Part shown: positions 1-10,150 of the stretch, one piece after another
How positions within the stretch are numbered: position 1 is the first letter of the stretch
How the letters are laid out: each line of letters begins with the position of its first letter
IMG/VR virus record: IMGVR_UViG_3300025096_000006
Coordinates: 1-64,000 of that record
DNA length: 64,000 nucleotides
Strand: one strand, 5' to 3'
DNA from: a virus
Notes under the pieces: generated by a model
Seen by the model: only the letters and a program-made list of their open reading frames with translations
Database searches by the model: none
What the model was told of the DNA's origin: nothing
Made by a program: the position numbers and the translations under genes

Positions 1-864
1 CCAGCTGGTACCGGATGTCTTGGCACTTCCGTACTCCTTCCCGCCGGAGCCTTGCACGACTTCATAGGTATTTGGTTTGCGGGTCCCGCAGTTGATATAC
101 ACTATTCTAAAAAGACTGTATTGCCCGGCGCCGGCGCGCTGGGCGCTGGCGTCACCGGGGAGATTATTTTTCAAAGCCTTCCACTGTCCAAGATGATCGC
201 ATATCCAATCATCTTTATTCCCTATTGCAAAGTTGTAAGCCGTTTCAACTGCAAGATCTTGTTTCGTCTTTCCACCGCTTGCAGGGGACATGTCTCCAAG
301 GGTGTTGTACACAGCCTTGGAGGTCAATCCATAGGAATCTGGATAGCAATTGTTTGTCCACTTTGTAGAAGACATGGAGAACCAAGAATATTGGAATTCT
401 CCCCAGATTCCTGATATTGGTGCTGTCCAGCCGTCTCTTGACCATGCCGAATAGTCAAAATTATCGCCCTCGGGCGCCCAGATGTATGACGCAGCAACAC
501 CGTTTTTGGTTGCAAAAAACGGTTTGTTTACGAGGGGTTCGACCGAGGCTTCGTACCATCGCCATCGCCAACCTTTGTAATTCTCTGCATCGCACCCGAA
601 GGCGCCGGGATCGAGCCTGACAGCTTTGGACTGCGGCTTGTAGCATCCCCAAATATGTTGGCTATAGTTGGTCCCGTGGTGAGCCACAGTGGTAGCGAGG
701 AGAGTAGACATTGCCTTCTGGACCGCTTCCGCTCTCGTCTTTAAGTTGTTGCCGTTTTTAACCATCCAATTCTTCCACTCATCGGCATCTTTGTTCATTG
801 CATTGGCGGCTTCGGCTATAGTCTTATACTTATTTAACGGTCCGCATTCGATATCACATCCCAT
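1..864 (-). CDS. Hypothetical protein, N-terminal part (runs off the window start); probably virion/baseplate by position
   Basis: Not in the ORF track. Manual translation from ATG 864 (MGCDIECGPLNKYKTIAEAANAMNKDADEW...) stays open for 288 codons to position 1. AGGAG SD upstream; directly follows the LysM-like baseplate gene. Confidence 0.75.
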   Translation of the reverse strand, partial: MGCDIECGPLNKYKTIAEAANAMNKDADEWKNWMVKNGNNLKTRAEAVQKAMSTLLATTVAHHGTNYSQHIWGCYKPQSKAVRLDPGAFGCDAENYKGWRWRWYEASVEPLVNKPFFATKNGVAASYIWAPEGDNFDYSAWSRDGWTAPISGIWGEFQYSWFSMSSTKWTNNCYPDSYGLTSKAVYNTLGDMSPASGGKTKQDLAVETAYNFAIGNKDDWICDHLGQWKALKNNLPGDASAQRAGAGQYSLFRIVYINCGTRKPNTYEVVQGSGGKEYGSAKTSGTSW

Positions 865-868
865 AGCT

Positions 869-1204
869 TTATGCTCCTAAAATTTCCAAAGCTTCTGAAA
901 TATCGAGTGGAATTCTTATAACATCTCCTGGAAAGATGTCTGCTTCGGTGGGATATCCATTCCACCATGCTATAACCCACCAATATCTAACATCGCTGTA
1001 ATACTGCTGTGCCAGCTGGTAAAATCTGTCTCCATAGCTCCATATAAGTGTCGTTGTTCTAGCCCTAGCTCTATCTGACACCGAAGGATGCCTCATAACA
1101 GGTGTTCCATAGTGGAGGGCGTTTTTTATCCCTCTCTTTTTTTTAAGGAACCGGTAGTGTTCCGTGTCGTTGAAAAATAATTTAGTATCTATGTATCTAG
1201 GCAT
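869..1204 (-). CDS. LysM-like baseplate wedge/tail X (gp53-like) protein
   Basis: YGDRFYQLAQQYYSDVRYWWVIAWWNG...PGDVIRIP is a LysM-type pattern; lies downstream of the tape measure and tube-initiator genes. Confidence 0.75.
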   Translation of the reverse strand: MPRYIDTKLFFNDTEHYRFLKKKRGIKNALHYGTPVMRHPSVSDRARARTTTLIWSYGDRFYQLAQQYYSDVRYWWVIAWWNGYPTEADIFPGDVIRIPLDISEALEILGA

Positions 1205-1224
1205 TTTGAATTCCTTTTATAATT

Positions 1225-2478
1225 TTAATCAACCCAATCGATCCAGGCGATGTTTCGGACCAGCCACTCTTGCGAAGAACCGTGCGCGCTGTCCAGCTTT
1301 TCTTCAAAATTGGCGGTGCGCTCTTCCATCCGCTGCCCAAATGTGGTCTCTTTGCGGTTTTCTTTCCTGTCGGCGCGTCTTGTTCCCATTCGACCAAGAA
1401 GTGTTTGTGCCTTCGCGGCCGCTTCGTCCTCGGCTTGTTGATCAGAAAGGGCTTTAACGCGGCCCTTTTCCGCGGCTTCTTGGTATTTGCGCGCTTCATG
1501 GCGCGCCTCACTGTTATAAGTTACCGTTTCTGAAAAATCTCGACTAGGGGCTGCATATTTTAGGTCGCCAGGATGGGATATCCCGTAAGGACCCGACATA
1601 TTTTGCTGCCAGTAATTATCCCAGCCGCGCGGTGTCTCGTGGATTACGTCAAACGATAATGAAACTTCTATAACTTTAGGCAAAATAGTGCCTTTCGAAA
1701 ATTCTATAACGCCGGCGTCTGGTTTTTCTAAATTATGATTAATAGTTAAACTGGTGATAATTCCTAGGGCGCCACTGCCGGCATTATTGGTGGTGCCTGA
1801 TTCTTTAAGTTCTTCAAATGTACGTCCGGACGATGCGGCGCGCTCTCTACCGGAGAGCTTTTCGAATTCCTCCTTGTTCTCTTTTTGGTACTTTAAAAAG
1901 CCAGAATATAGTGCTTTTTGGCTCATTAAAAGGTTCACAACTTTAAGACGAATTAGCGGCGATTGCGCAATCGTTTGCGCTGCTCCGACTTGTGTATAAT
2001 TTGGATACAGCATGTCGCTTAAAAGCCCAACTTTATATAAGTTCTCATATGCTTCGCTTTCTGAAGCTGCCGGTATATTAAAGTTTAACGTAATCGATCT
2101 GCCTGTGGATTTGAAGGAGTGGATGGGATCCACTCTACCAAACACATGCTCAGAGGCCCAATCAGACTTATAGGTCTCATTAAAAGAGGTTACAAACGCT
2201 TTGAAGTATACTTGCATTTTAGACGGCACATGTTGAATCGACAATACATATCTAGTTTTATTAGCATATGCATCACTTGCATCTGCATATTGTGGTCGGA
2301 ATTTAGTTATTCTATTGTGTGCGGTTTGCGACTTTATCTCGGTGCCGTTAACTTCGTCAAAAGTTTTAACCTTTTTAAGATAGCCGTCGATCGATTCAAT
2401 CTTTCTAAATTTGTTTGCGTCGAAGTCCGTCGCGAGTACTCCCGCCACCGAGCCGGGTATTTCATCGCTATATCCCAT
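1225..2478 (-). CDS. Baseplate/tail-tube initiator-like protein (gp48/gp54-like)
   Basis: FKAFVTSFNETYKSDW...VFGRVDPIHSFKSTGRSITLNF and PKVIEVSLSFDVI resemble tube-fold baseplate proteins; sits between the tape measure and LysM genes. Confidence 0.55.
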   Translation of the reverse strand: MGYSDEIPGSVAGVLATDFDANKFRKIESIDGYLKKVKTFDEVNGTEIKSQTAHNRITKFRPQYADASDAYANKTRYVLSIQHVPSKMQVYFKAFVTSFNETYKSDWASEHVFGRVDPIHSFKSTGRSITLNFNIPAASESEAYENLYKVGLLSDMLYPNYTQVGAAQTIAQSPLIRLKVVNLLMSQKALYSGFLKYQKENKEEFEKLSGRERAASSGRTFEELKESGTTNNAGSGALGIITSLTINHNLEKPDAGVIEFSKGTILPKVIEVSLSFDVIHETPRGWDNYWQQNMSGPYGISHPGDLKYAAPSRDFSETVTYNSEARHEARKYQEAAEKGRVKALSDQQAEDEAAAKAQTLLGRMGTRRADRKENRKETTFGQRMEERTANFEEKLDSAHGSSQEWLVRNIAWIDWVD

Positions 2479-2497
2479 TGTTTGTTTTCTCCTTCAT

Positions 2498-5113
2498 TTA
2501 TGTCTCTCCATAAAGCATTTGTCTTCCCTTATTGCCTTGGACCTCAATTACCGCCTCTCCAAACTTTTCTTTGTCTAATTTTAGTTCTATGGGAATTGTA
2601 ATTTTTCTAGCTTTTTCTGGGCGCGCGTCTCTCGGTCCACCGCCTCCGGGTCCACCACCACCACCTCCAGGGCTAGCTCTAAAGCCGACTGCTTCTGCCG
2701 CTTTAAGTGCTTTGGTTGAAGTGTTTAACAGTGCCTTCATAGCTACAAGTTTTACAAGGTTTATCGAATTAATACTTGTAGCAATATTTTTAAAGGAAGT
2801 CTCGATTGGTCCTAGTCCGTATTTATCTATCTCTTTAACTTGTCCAAGAATTTCGCCAAGAGCAATTGCTGCTGGACCCATGTTAACTGCCGAAGTTTCT
2901 AATTTCTCAAAAACTCTTCCCAAGTTCCAGACACCCATTAACGCCAATGGGTTACCCATTAAGGTAAGCGCCGCGGCTAAAGATATAACTCCTAGCGCAA
3001 AAACCTGAAGTGCGCCGGCGAATGTAACAAATGCGGCGGCGCTTCCTGGGTTTACAGCTTTGACTAACTCTGCCATACCTAACGCGGCGATACCAACGCC
3101 GGCGCCCATCAAGAATAAGGCGGCGCCGAGAGCAAGAATAATCGGATAAGTTACTGCTGCTGCAGGTGCCATTGTCAGCATCATATACGTAAAGCCTAAC
3201 ATGGCGGCGCCGATTAACACAAGAGCAACACTTACTCCAATCATCTGATCGACACTTAAAAGAGCAAACGATTCAGCTAATTTTGAAACTCCCCAAGCAG
3301 CCAAGCCCAAGCCAGCGCCCATCATTAATACTGCAGCTCCAACTGCTAAAATTACCGGCACTGATTTTGACATTGCTGCTAAGTTTCTCATTCCAGCGTT
3401 ACCCATTAAATTGGCGGAAAGTGCTGCGCTTCTTTCAACTGCAGCTTTGGCTGATATGACACCTGTGAGAAGTATAGTCAAAGTCTTGTACGCAACCCAG
3501 CCAGCAAGAAAGGCTGGCCAATTTGCTAGCATGTAGCCAATATAGCCCATTACTGTTTTTATTGGATCTATGAAGCCCTTAACCGAAGTCTCAAGCTCTT
3601 TAAATGCGTTATCGTTGCTGAGAACTGCATCTGCCCATTCGTGAAATTTATCTAAAACCGGCAGCAAGAGAGGCGTTAATTTAGCTATAATAGTTTGAAA
3701 CTTTTCTTGTAATGTCGCCATTTGCTGCTGTTTCTTTGCCATCTCTTCATAGTCTGCGGATGTTTTTCCTATTTCTCCACCAAGGGTACTCATATCGCCC
3801 GACATCATCATAGCTAATTCACTGACGTCACTTAGACCTAAAGAATCGGCATAGAACTTGCGCTGGTAGTACGACATGTCGTCAAAAGATAATCCAGCAT
3901 TTAAGAGAGAGTCTCGGAGCATTTCAAAACGCTCTACTGGATCGGTTGCTGTCATCAGATCCATTGCATTTACAAAGTTTCCACCCAAAGCAGCGTTAAG
4001 TTTACCAGCTTGAGTTGCGGCGCCTTCAAATGTATCAAACTTATCGGTCATTTGCAACAATTTGCCCATTTCCAAACCAGTGATTTTAGAAACTCTTGCC
4101 AGATCTTTGAAAGCCTTTTCTCCATCTTTGCCTAGCTTAGCTAAACTGCCGCCAAACTTGGCATAGTCAGAAGCCAACTGCTTAGGAGGTACCCCTAAAT
4201 CAATCGCTGTCGCTGTCAGTTCTCTCATTGTTTCAGCTGCTTCTCTGGGACCCTGACCCATTACCTTTGTAGCAAGTTCCATTCCTTTAGCGGCATCCTG
4301 AACAGCAACTCCATATTTGCTCAGCATTGTTACAGTGTCACCTATCTCGGCGCGCTGTTCAGCGCTGAGCATAGTGAAAGTGCTCATGCCCGAATATAGC
4401 CCTTCCCAGGCGGCAGAGGTTTCCTTTATGCTTGCAGTAAATTCTCTAGTTCGTGTATAAGAACGAGCTACTTCGTTTCCAAATTCACGGTTAGCGCCCG
4501 TTGCTCTTTGAAACGCAGTGCGCATTCCATCAATCTCAAACATAAGACCGATTATATTATTGATAAATCCAGTAATAATTCCACCAGCCAAAGCACCAAG
4601 AAACGGCATCACGCCCTTTGCGCCGGCTTCTTTAAAAGTCTTGCCAATGGCTGCTATTTTTTTAACGTTAAAAAGAGGGTGTGTTTTATAAACAGACATG
4701 CTGCCAGAAATGCTGTCGTTCATTCCTTCAATTTTCTTAATTGCCGCATCGCGCGCGGCGTTTGATCTTTTTAGAGCATTTGCTTCTTGCTCAGCAATTC
4801 GGACTTTCTCTCTGAGAGCTGCGAGTTCTTCTTCAGTGGCATCAGCTTCTGACTGTCTTAAAGTCAGCTTCATTTGTGCGACACGAACCTCTTGATCTGC
4901 AATTTGTTGTCGCGAGCGATCGCTCTTTTCCATGCTTTGAAGGCGCGCAAGATATTCTTCGGCATTCGACACGTCTTCGGCTGTAATCACTCTGGCGCCA
5001 GCAGGCGCAAAACCACCACCGCCGCCGCCTGCTCCACCAGGAGCGGCCGCAAAACCATCGACAATTCCCTGCGCTACCGCAGCTTGTATTTCTTCTAATG
5101 AAAATTCAGCCAT
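2498..5113 (-). CDS. Tail tape measure protein
   Basis: 871 aa, Ala/Gly/Leu-rich, helical/coiled-coil, with several hydrophobic segments in the C-terminal half; follows the tube and chaperone genes. Confidence 0.85.
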   Translation of the reverse strand: MAEFSLEEIQAAVAQGIVDGFAAAPGGAGGGGGGFAPAGARVITAEDVSNAEEYLARLQSMEKSDRSRQQIADQEVRVAQMKLTLRQSEADATEEELAALREKVRIAEQEANALKRSNAARDAAIKKIEGMNDSISGSMSVYKTHPLFNVKKIAAIGKTFKEAGAKGVMPFLGALAGGIITGFINNIIGLMFEIDGMRTAFQRATGANREFGNEVARSYTRTREFTASIKETSAAWEGLYSGMSTFTMLSAEQRAEIGDTVTMLSKYGVAVQDAAKGMELATKVMGQGPREAAETMRELTATAIDLGVPPKQLASDYAKFGGSLAKLGKDGEKAFKDLARVSKITGLEMGKLLQMTDKFDTFEGAATQAGKLNAALGGNFVNAMDLMTATDPVERFEMLRDSLLNAGLSFDDMSYYQRKFYADSLGLSDVSELAMMMSGDMSTLGGEIGKTSADYEEMAKKQQQMATLQEKFQTIIAKLTPLLLPVLDKFHEWADAVLSNDNAFKELETSVKGFIDPIKTVMGYIGYMLANWPAFLAGWVAYKTLTILLTGVISAKAAVERSAALSANLMGNAGMRNLAAMSKSVPVILAVGAAVLMMGAGLGLAAWGVSKLAESFALLSVDQMIGVSVALVLIGAAMLGFTYMMLTMAPAAAVTYPIILALGAALFLMGAGVGIAALGMAELVKAVNPGSAAAFVTFAGALQVFALGVISLAAALTLMGNPLALMGVWNLGRVFEKLETSAVNMGPAAIALGEILGQVKEIDKYGLGPIETSFKNIATSINSINLVKLVAMKALLNTSTKALKAAEAVGFRASPGGGGGGPGGGGPRDARPEKARKITIPIELKLDKEKFGEAVIEVQGNKGRQMLYGET

Positions 5114-5144
5114 TGATCGTAAACACCTATACTAGTACTAAAAA

Positions 5145-5151
5145 TAAATAG
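5145..5151 (-). promoter_or_regulatory. Putative late promoter motif CTATTTA (tape measure)
   Basis: Recurring intergenic motif, ~30 nt upstream of the ATG. Confidence 0.5.
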
Positions 5152-5176
5152 TTTCATAAAAAAAAGCAAGACAGAA

Positions 5177-5431
5177 TCATCTTGCTTTATTGCTGGTGCT
5201 ATATGGCGCATTTGGAGGGAGCGATGGCTGATTTTGAGCGGTTAAAGTTTGAGATTTTGAGGAACCGGAACCTTTGCTTGCATTCTCTATGGCTTCCCTT
5301 TCTTCATCTAGTTGTTTAACGAGCCTTAGAACAAACCACTTTCTTAGCCCAATTGGCAAGCTATATGCTTCACTAAAGCTCCATCCGCCAGCATATTTTA
5401 AATAGAAGAATTGTTCATATACATCTTCCAT
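5177..5431 (-). CDS. gp51-like tail/baseplate assembly chaperone, C-terminal module (own ATG at 5431, or reached by frameshift from the upstream gene)
   Basis: YEQFFYLKYAGGWSFSEAYSLPIGLRKWFVLRL pattern; frame is open across the end of the upstream gene; immediately upstream of the tape measure gene. Confidence 0.65.
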   Translation of the reverse strand: MEDVYEQFFYLKYAGGWSFSEAYSLPIGLRKWFVLRLVKQLDEEREAIENASKGSGSSKSQTLTAQNQPSLPPNAPYSTSNKAR

Positions 5432-5435
5432 ATAT

Positions 5436-6290
5436 TCATCGGTCAGGCCAAAAAAAGTCCGCCGTAAGCGGCACCTCCATTTGCTCTTCGTGATCACAAC
5501 TTTCACAAGCAAAATGCTGTGTTAAGTCAATATCTGGAGCCACCTGCTTATATGCTAATCTAACGTGTCTAGCGTCCATAGAAGGAATGTTCTCAATAGT
5601 GTAGTTAATCGCCTCTGGAGTACTATTTCCATTAACGGAAACCAGTGTGCTTCTTAAATGTCTTGTCACTGCGCGTTCGTGCTGGTTTCTGTTTTTTCGA
5701 TCTGCTTCAACGCCTGCAAGAAAAGACTTTTCTGATTTTCCAGTTAGTAGGCGAAAAGTTATGTTTAACTTAGTCTTGGGTAACTGAGTGGTAAAAGTGC
5801 CGTCTTGATTATTAGTAACCTCAAGCCCCTCTTCAAACTCTCCATGATATACATGCGCATGATTTAAGTCGAATTTATATTTCTGCACAGCATTGCAGCT
5901 TGGACAAGCAACTGATGTATCATATTCGTTACCATATCCAGAAACTCTAGCTGCAATAATGATCGCATTTCTATCACCAACCAGCAAGTTATCTGTCGTA
6001 ATTCTTTTATCAACAATTACATTTGATAATACTCTATCTAGCGCTACTCCTTTCTTAAGCAAGGTTCTGGAAGTTAGAATATCCTCTTCCTTAGCGGTCA
6101 TTTGTCTGACTTCAATGCTATCTTCTCCGCGAAGCGGATGATCTTCGGGATAAAATTTACCCTGCGAGGGCAACTCTACAAATTCAGTAGGCACCACAAA
6201 TGAAAAACCGCCCCCATCGTCGTGATGCTTTTGAGGGGGTGCGTCCGTGTTAGGATGTTGTGACCCTACACGATTCTTATTTCTTGACAA
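5436..6290 (-). CDS. gp26-like baseplate hub/tail assembly chaperone
   Basis: VELPSQG.FYP, MTAKEEDIL, LLVGDRNAIIIAARVSGYG, two CxxC motifs (CPSC, CESC), ends DFFWPDR; lies between tube and tape measure genes. Confidence 0.75.
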   Translation of the reverse strand: MSRNKNRVGSQHPNTDAPPQKHHDDGGGFSFVVPTEFVELPSQGKFYPEDHPLRGEDSIEVRQMTAKEEDILTSRTLLKKGVALDRVLSNVIVDKRITTDNLLVGDRNAIIIAARVSGYGNEYDTSVACPSCNAVQKYKFDLNHAHVYHGEFEEGLEVTNNQDGTFTTQLPKTKLNITFRLLTGKSEKSFLAGVEADRKNRNQHERAVTRHLRSTLVSVNGNSTPEAINYTIENIPSMDARHVRLAYKQVAPDIDLTQHFACESCDHEEQMEVPLTADFFWPDR

Positions 6291-6337
6291 TATACACCTC
6301 TTGTTATGTTATATTATAGTATAAATTTAGCTTTCTG

Positions 6338-6937
6338 TTAAGAGCTTTCTGTTAAGCCGAAAAATTCTGTTCCGCCTGCGCCGGCAACGGCGACGGAAGG
6401 ATTAGCGGTCTCTACGCGAGCCCAATCGTACCTAAGCCCAATCGTCATCTCGGTAATATCATCGCTTCCATATTCCAGATCGCCATACTTAACTTCTGTA
6501 ATAAAGGCATTCCAAAGAGTCCATGTTTCAAGTTTGGCTCCGTTAGAGTCCAGCTGTGAAATTGTTACTGTGCCCAGAGCACTGGTGGCTTTTGCTTTTG
6601 AGATTGTCGAAAGCTGATTTGGGTTTGCAGGAGGAGCATAGCCAGACTGAACAATAATATCAGAAAGAGTAGCAGACATGTCTGGCGAGACAGGATCAAC
6701 CAAAGTTATAGAGACCTCTTCCCATGTTACGGCGCCAGGATAATGAAATTTGTGATTTAAATATGAATGCTCAGTGCTTTCAACTTTAAACGAAGGCTTC
6801 CCGGCTGTTTTTGCGTACCAAAGCTGGGCGCCGCCCTGTGCAGCTTGAATGCCTTGAAATTCTACTATAAATCTAAATTTCCTTTTAGGATCTTTAAGTG
6901 TTGTGTCTTCACCAAAATTTGTTGACCAGAATGCCAT
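6338..6937 (-). CDS. Tail tube protein (T4 gp19-like)
   Basis: DPKRKFRF, YPGAVTWEEVSITLVDP, ETWTLWNAFITEVKYGDLEY, IGLRYDWA; directly downstream of the sheath gene. Confidence 0.9.
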   Translation of the reverse strand: MAFWSTNFGEDTTLKDPKRKFRFIVEFQGIQAAQGGAQLWYAKTAGKPSFKVESTEHSYLNHKFHYPGAVTWEEVSITLVDPVSPDMSATLSDIIVQSGYAPPANPNQLSTISKAKATSALGTVTISQLDSNGAKLETWTLWNAFITEVKYGDLEYGSDDITEMTIGLRYDWARVETANPSVAVAGAGGTEFFGLTESS

Positions 6938-6961
6938 AATTTATAACTCCTCTTATATATT

Positions 6962-6968
6962 TAATTAG
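6962..6968 (-). promoter_or_regulatory. Putative late promoter motif CTAATTA (tail tube)
   Basis: Variant motif ~25 nt upstream of the ATG, ahead of a GAGGAG SD. Confidence 0.5.
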
Positions 6969-7003
6969 TGTTGTGGGACAAAAAAGCTTGTCCCTTGCTT
7001 TTT

Positions 7004-10000
7004 TTAATCATCGAAAGAAGCACCCGAAGAAGCAATCACAAAGTCAATAGCAATGAACTCAATCGCCCTTGCTGGCTTAACCATGATCTTTGCATACAGA
7101 ATGTTCTGATCAATCAAATCTGGGGTTGTAGTGGAATCATCGAGAATTAACTTGTATTCAGTGATACCAAATCTTGTTTGAACATTCGCAAGGAATGGCT
7201 CAACTAATCCCTTAAAGCGAGTCCAAGTTGCATCGACATTCTGCTCAAAGAGAACCTGAGTAGAAAGAATGGAAATCTGCTTCTTCATGAAGATAACCAA
7301 CCTTCTAACATTAATTCTATCTAGAGCGCTCTGGCGATCTTGAAGTGTCTTTTGTCCGAATACCACAATCCCTGTTGAAGGAAAAGAGGCGATTGGATTA
7401 ATGTTATACTCATAAAGAGTATCTCTCTGCTTGGAAGTTAATCTTTCTGTAATTCCAGTAACTGGGATTCCTGCGGCTCCTTCAGTTAGTCCACCACGAT
7501 TGAAGCCAGCCGGTGCAAACCAAACTTCAGAAGCAGCCTGCGAACTTGCCATAACGCCAAGCATCGCAACACTAGGCGGTACCCAGATAAGCTGTCCGGA
7601 AGGATTATCGCGGGTTTGGACCCATGGATAGAAAGTGCACCCATAGCTTGAATCAATTCTTCTATCTCGGAGAGCCGTTGAGGCGTTTTGCGGAGTTGTG
7701 CCGATTCTATCTGCTTTAGTGCTCTTATAAGCTTCATGACTTGGAATATATACATCAGCAAGGTCAATAACAGCTAGTGCATCTGCACGATCCTCGCAAA
7801 CATCAACCATGTGACCGGTTAAAGCATCGAGAGTAAGCCCTGGAGCAGCTAAAACATTCATGTCCAGCAGTTCAGGATCTGCAACGGTGTCAATTGCACG
7901 AAGCCATGTCGCATATGCATAGTTTGTCGTCTCGGTTGCGCCGGCCATTCCAGCGTTGTAATAGGGGTCTGGTGCCTTAATATTTTCTCCATCGTGTCCA
8001 CCAAAGAATGGGGCGACAAAGCTATCCATTCCAGCATTTAGCAGGGTTGTGTAGCTTCCGCCAGCACTAACAGAAGCCTCACGTGCACGGGAACCAGAAG
8101 CGTAATAATATCCGTTGGTAACATCGGCATTTAGCTGAATATCATCCATTGTGAACACATAAGACCAAGGATCAATGCCGGCGCCCCAAGAAACTGAAGT
8201 TGGATCGTCAGAAATATCGGCAGTCAATCTTCTATGGAAGTCTTCAATTCCTAAGCGACCTCCCCTTGTGCTAGTTTCTGTTCTTCTGCTAGCCATACCA
8301 AACGATGCCTTTGTAGCATCAGAAAGCCCGCCATCAGAAGCCGAAACTCTAAGCGGAGCGTATGGAAATGATAAAGAAGCTGTCAAGTTCCAGGCTGCAG
8401 CTGTCGCAGACCATGGTCCATGACCGCCCATATCCTTAGCGCCAAAGAGAATGGAGCCAGAAGAGCCGATTGCTGAGGAGTCTGGGTACAAAAAGGATCC
8501 ACCGCTAACATAAGCCTGATTAAAGGCAACCCGACCGGAGCCGGCGGAAGACTCGCTATCGGAGTCTGTAACGTAGATAGCTGTTGTAGAATTGAAGGTA
8601 TCTGATATGTGCTCCGTTGTAAGACTAGCCAGACCAGAAAGGCGTGGAGGACCAAAATATCCGAATGGAAGTGTCTTTGCGGGAGTACCTCCAGCAGCAA
8701 CCTTTTCGTTCATCTCAATACGAACATACTTCGACATATTATCATATTCGCCGTAGCTCTTAACGCGCCTGTTCGTGTTGTCCCATTTTGTATATTTATC
8801 ACCAATTTTACGCTCAATATAATTTGGAGAAGTTGGATCTAAACTTAAATTGTCAAATCTCTCTAGAACTTGTGGGTTTGAATCAGTGTCGGTAAGCTTT
8901 CTAATAACCACCGAGAAAGTTCCATAGTCATCCACCAAGGAGGTCGACTGACGGATTCTTTCAACACCCACCTTGCAGTTCTTGTGCAGCCATTCTCCAT
9001 GCCCGCGACCAATAAGACGGAAAAGCTTCTGCTTGTTGAAGGGGACGTTATCAGCTGCAGAGCCAAAATCTTGTCCAATAAACCAGCCTGCAACTGCATC
9101 CTGAAATCCTGCCACAGTGCCCACTTGCTGCATTTTAGCAGGACCAACAGTGAAAGACGAACTACCAAGAGGCAAGACAAAACCCAGCTTGGCTTGTGTG
9201 TCAAGACTGTTCCATCTTAAGTGTTGTTCAAATGTTTCGCCAAGCCAGTAGCTCTTATAAGAAGCAGATGGATAAAAATCGCCTCTTGTAGAAGCTAACT
9301 GAGGATTTGTATTAAACTTGTTTCTGATGAACGTATCAGCGCCATCGTCAAATCCAAACCTAATGTTTTCAGTGGTCTCAGCCCCATCTGTTTGTGTAAT
9401 AAGCGAAACAGTAAACAGGTTGTCTGAGTCTGTTCCAATCACAGCGCCGTAAGAAGCCGTAGCACTACGACCAGTATCGCCGCGCGTCTCGGTGGCGGTG
9501 TCGTGGGTATTGCCGGGTCCACCATAAAGCGCGCCACTCAACTTAACGTGAGAGCCAGAGTCTACATACCAAACAGCAGCTAAGCTGGCTGTTCCCAAAA
9601 GGGATGTCGCTGCTGAACTCGATGCAATAACGAATAGACCATAAGCGCCGCCATTTGCATGGGTTGCCTCTGCGGGAGTATTAGTTGTGACCCACCCAGA
9701 ATAGCCCGAAGTTGCGTCGGGACTTTCAGTACCTAGTAATCGGATATATGTAAGAGGAGCGACATTTGCATTTAGGAAAGCTTTTGCAGCATATGTTCCG
9801 TACATGGGGGACTGATAGTTACCATAACGGTATACGTCTCCTCCTCCGTTACCGGGGACTGTGCCACCAAATACTTCTACAAACTCTTCATAAGACTGTA
9901 CTTTAATCGGCGTTAAAGCCATTCCTTGGGGTGCACGACCTACTACTACAGGACCGATAGCGTCTGCAGACTTGGGCAGAAATGAATTATCAATCTCGTT

Positions 10001-10045
10001 GATAAACACTCCAGGAGATACAAATTTAAAACTCTGTGATGACAT
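7004..10045 (-). CDS. Tail sheath protein (T4 gp18-like), enlarged to 1013 aa
   Basis: N-terminal FVSPGVFINEID; C-terminal WFAPAGFNRG, NINPIASFP, VFGQKTLQ, SALDRINVRRL, VKPARAIEFIAIDF. Confidence 0.95.
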   Translation of the reverse strand: MSSQSFKFVSPGVFINEIDNSFLPKSADAIGPVVVGRAPQGMALTPIKVQSYEEFVEVFGGTVPGNGGGDVYRYGNYQSPMYGTYAAKAFLNANVAPLTYIRLLGTESPDATSGYSGWVTTNTPAEATHANGGAYGLFVIASSSAATSLLGTASLAAVWYVDSGSHVKLSGALYGGPGNTHDTATETRGDTGRSATASYGAVIGTDSDNLFTVSLITQTDGAETTENIRFGFDDGADTFIRNKFNTNPQLASTRGDFYPSASYKSYWLGETFEQHLRWNSLDTQAKLGFVLPLGSSSFTVGPAKMQQVGTVAGFQDAVAGWFIGQDFGSAADNVPFNKQKLFRLIGRGHGEWLHKNCKVGVERIRQSTSLVDDYGTFSVVIRKLTDTDSNPQVLERFDNLSLDPTSPNYIERKIGDKYTKWDNTNRRVKSYGEYDNMSKYVRIEMNEKVAAGGTPAKTLPFGYFGPPRLSGLASLTTEHISDTFNSTTAIYVTDSDSESSAGSGRVAFNQAYVSGGSFLYPDSSAIGSSGSILFGAKDMGGHGPWSATAAAWNLTASLSFPYAPLRVSASDGGLSDATKASFGMASRRTETSTRGGRLGIEDFHRRLTADISDDPTSVSWGAGIDPWSYVFTMDDIQLNADVTNGYYYASGSRAREASVSAGGSYTTLLNAGMDSFVAPFFGGHDGENIKAPDPYYNAGMAGATETTNYAYATWLRAIDTVADPELLDMNVLAAPGLTLDALTGHMVDVCEDRADALAVIDLADVYIPSHEAYKSTKADRIGTTPQNASTALRDRRIDSSYGCTFYPWVQTRDNPSGQLIWVPPSVAMLGVMASSQAASEVWFAPAGFNRGGLTEGAAGIPVTGITERLTSKQRDTLYEYNINPIASFPSTGIVVFGQKTLQDRQSALDRINVRRLVIFMKKQISILSTQVLFEQNVDATWTRFKGLVEPFLANVQTRFGITEYKLILDDSTTTPDLIDQNILYAKIMVKPARAIEFIAIDFVIASSGASFDD

Positions 10046-10095
10046 ATTGTTTTCCTCTTATTAAAATTCACGCAAATGATGCTGCAATCATACAT

Positions 10096-10102
10096 TAAAT
10101 AG
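10096..10102 (-). promoter_or_regulatory. Putative late promoter motif CTATTTA (sheath)
   Basis: Recurring intergenic motif. Confidence 0.5.
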
Positions 10103-10150
10103 TATTTTCAGTCTCAAAAAGCTGTTCAGGAACTATAAAAAACCCATCTT

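Noticed and set aside
10046-10095. Small hairpin ATGAT-TGCAGC-ATCAT in the sheath leader
   Set aside because: A 5-bp AU-rich stem is too weak to support a call without comparative data.
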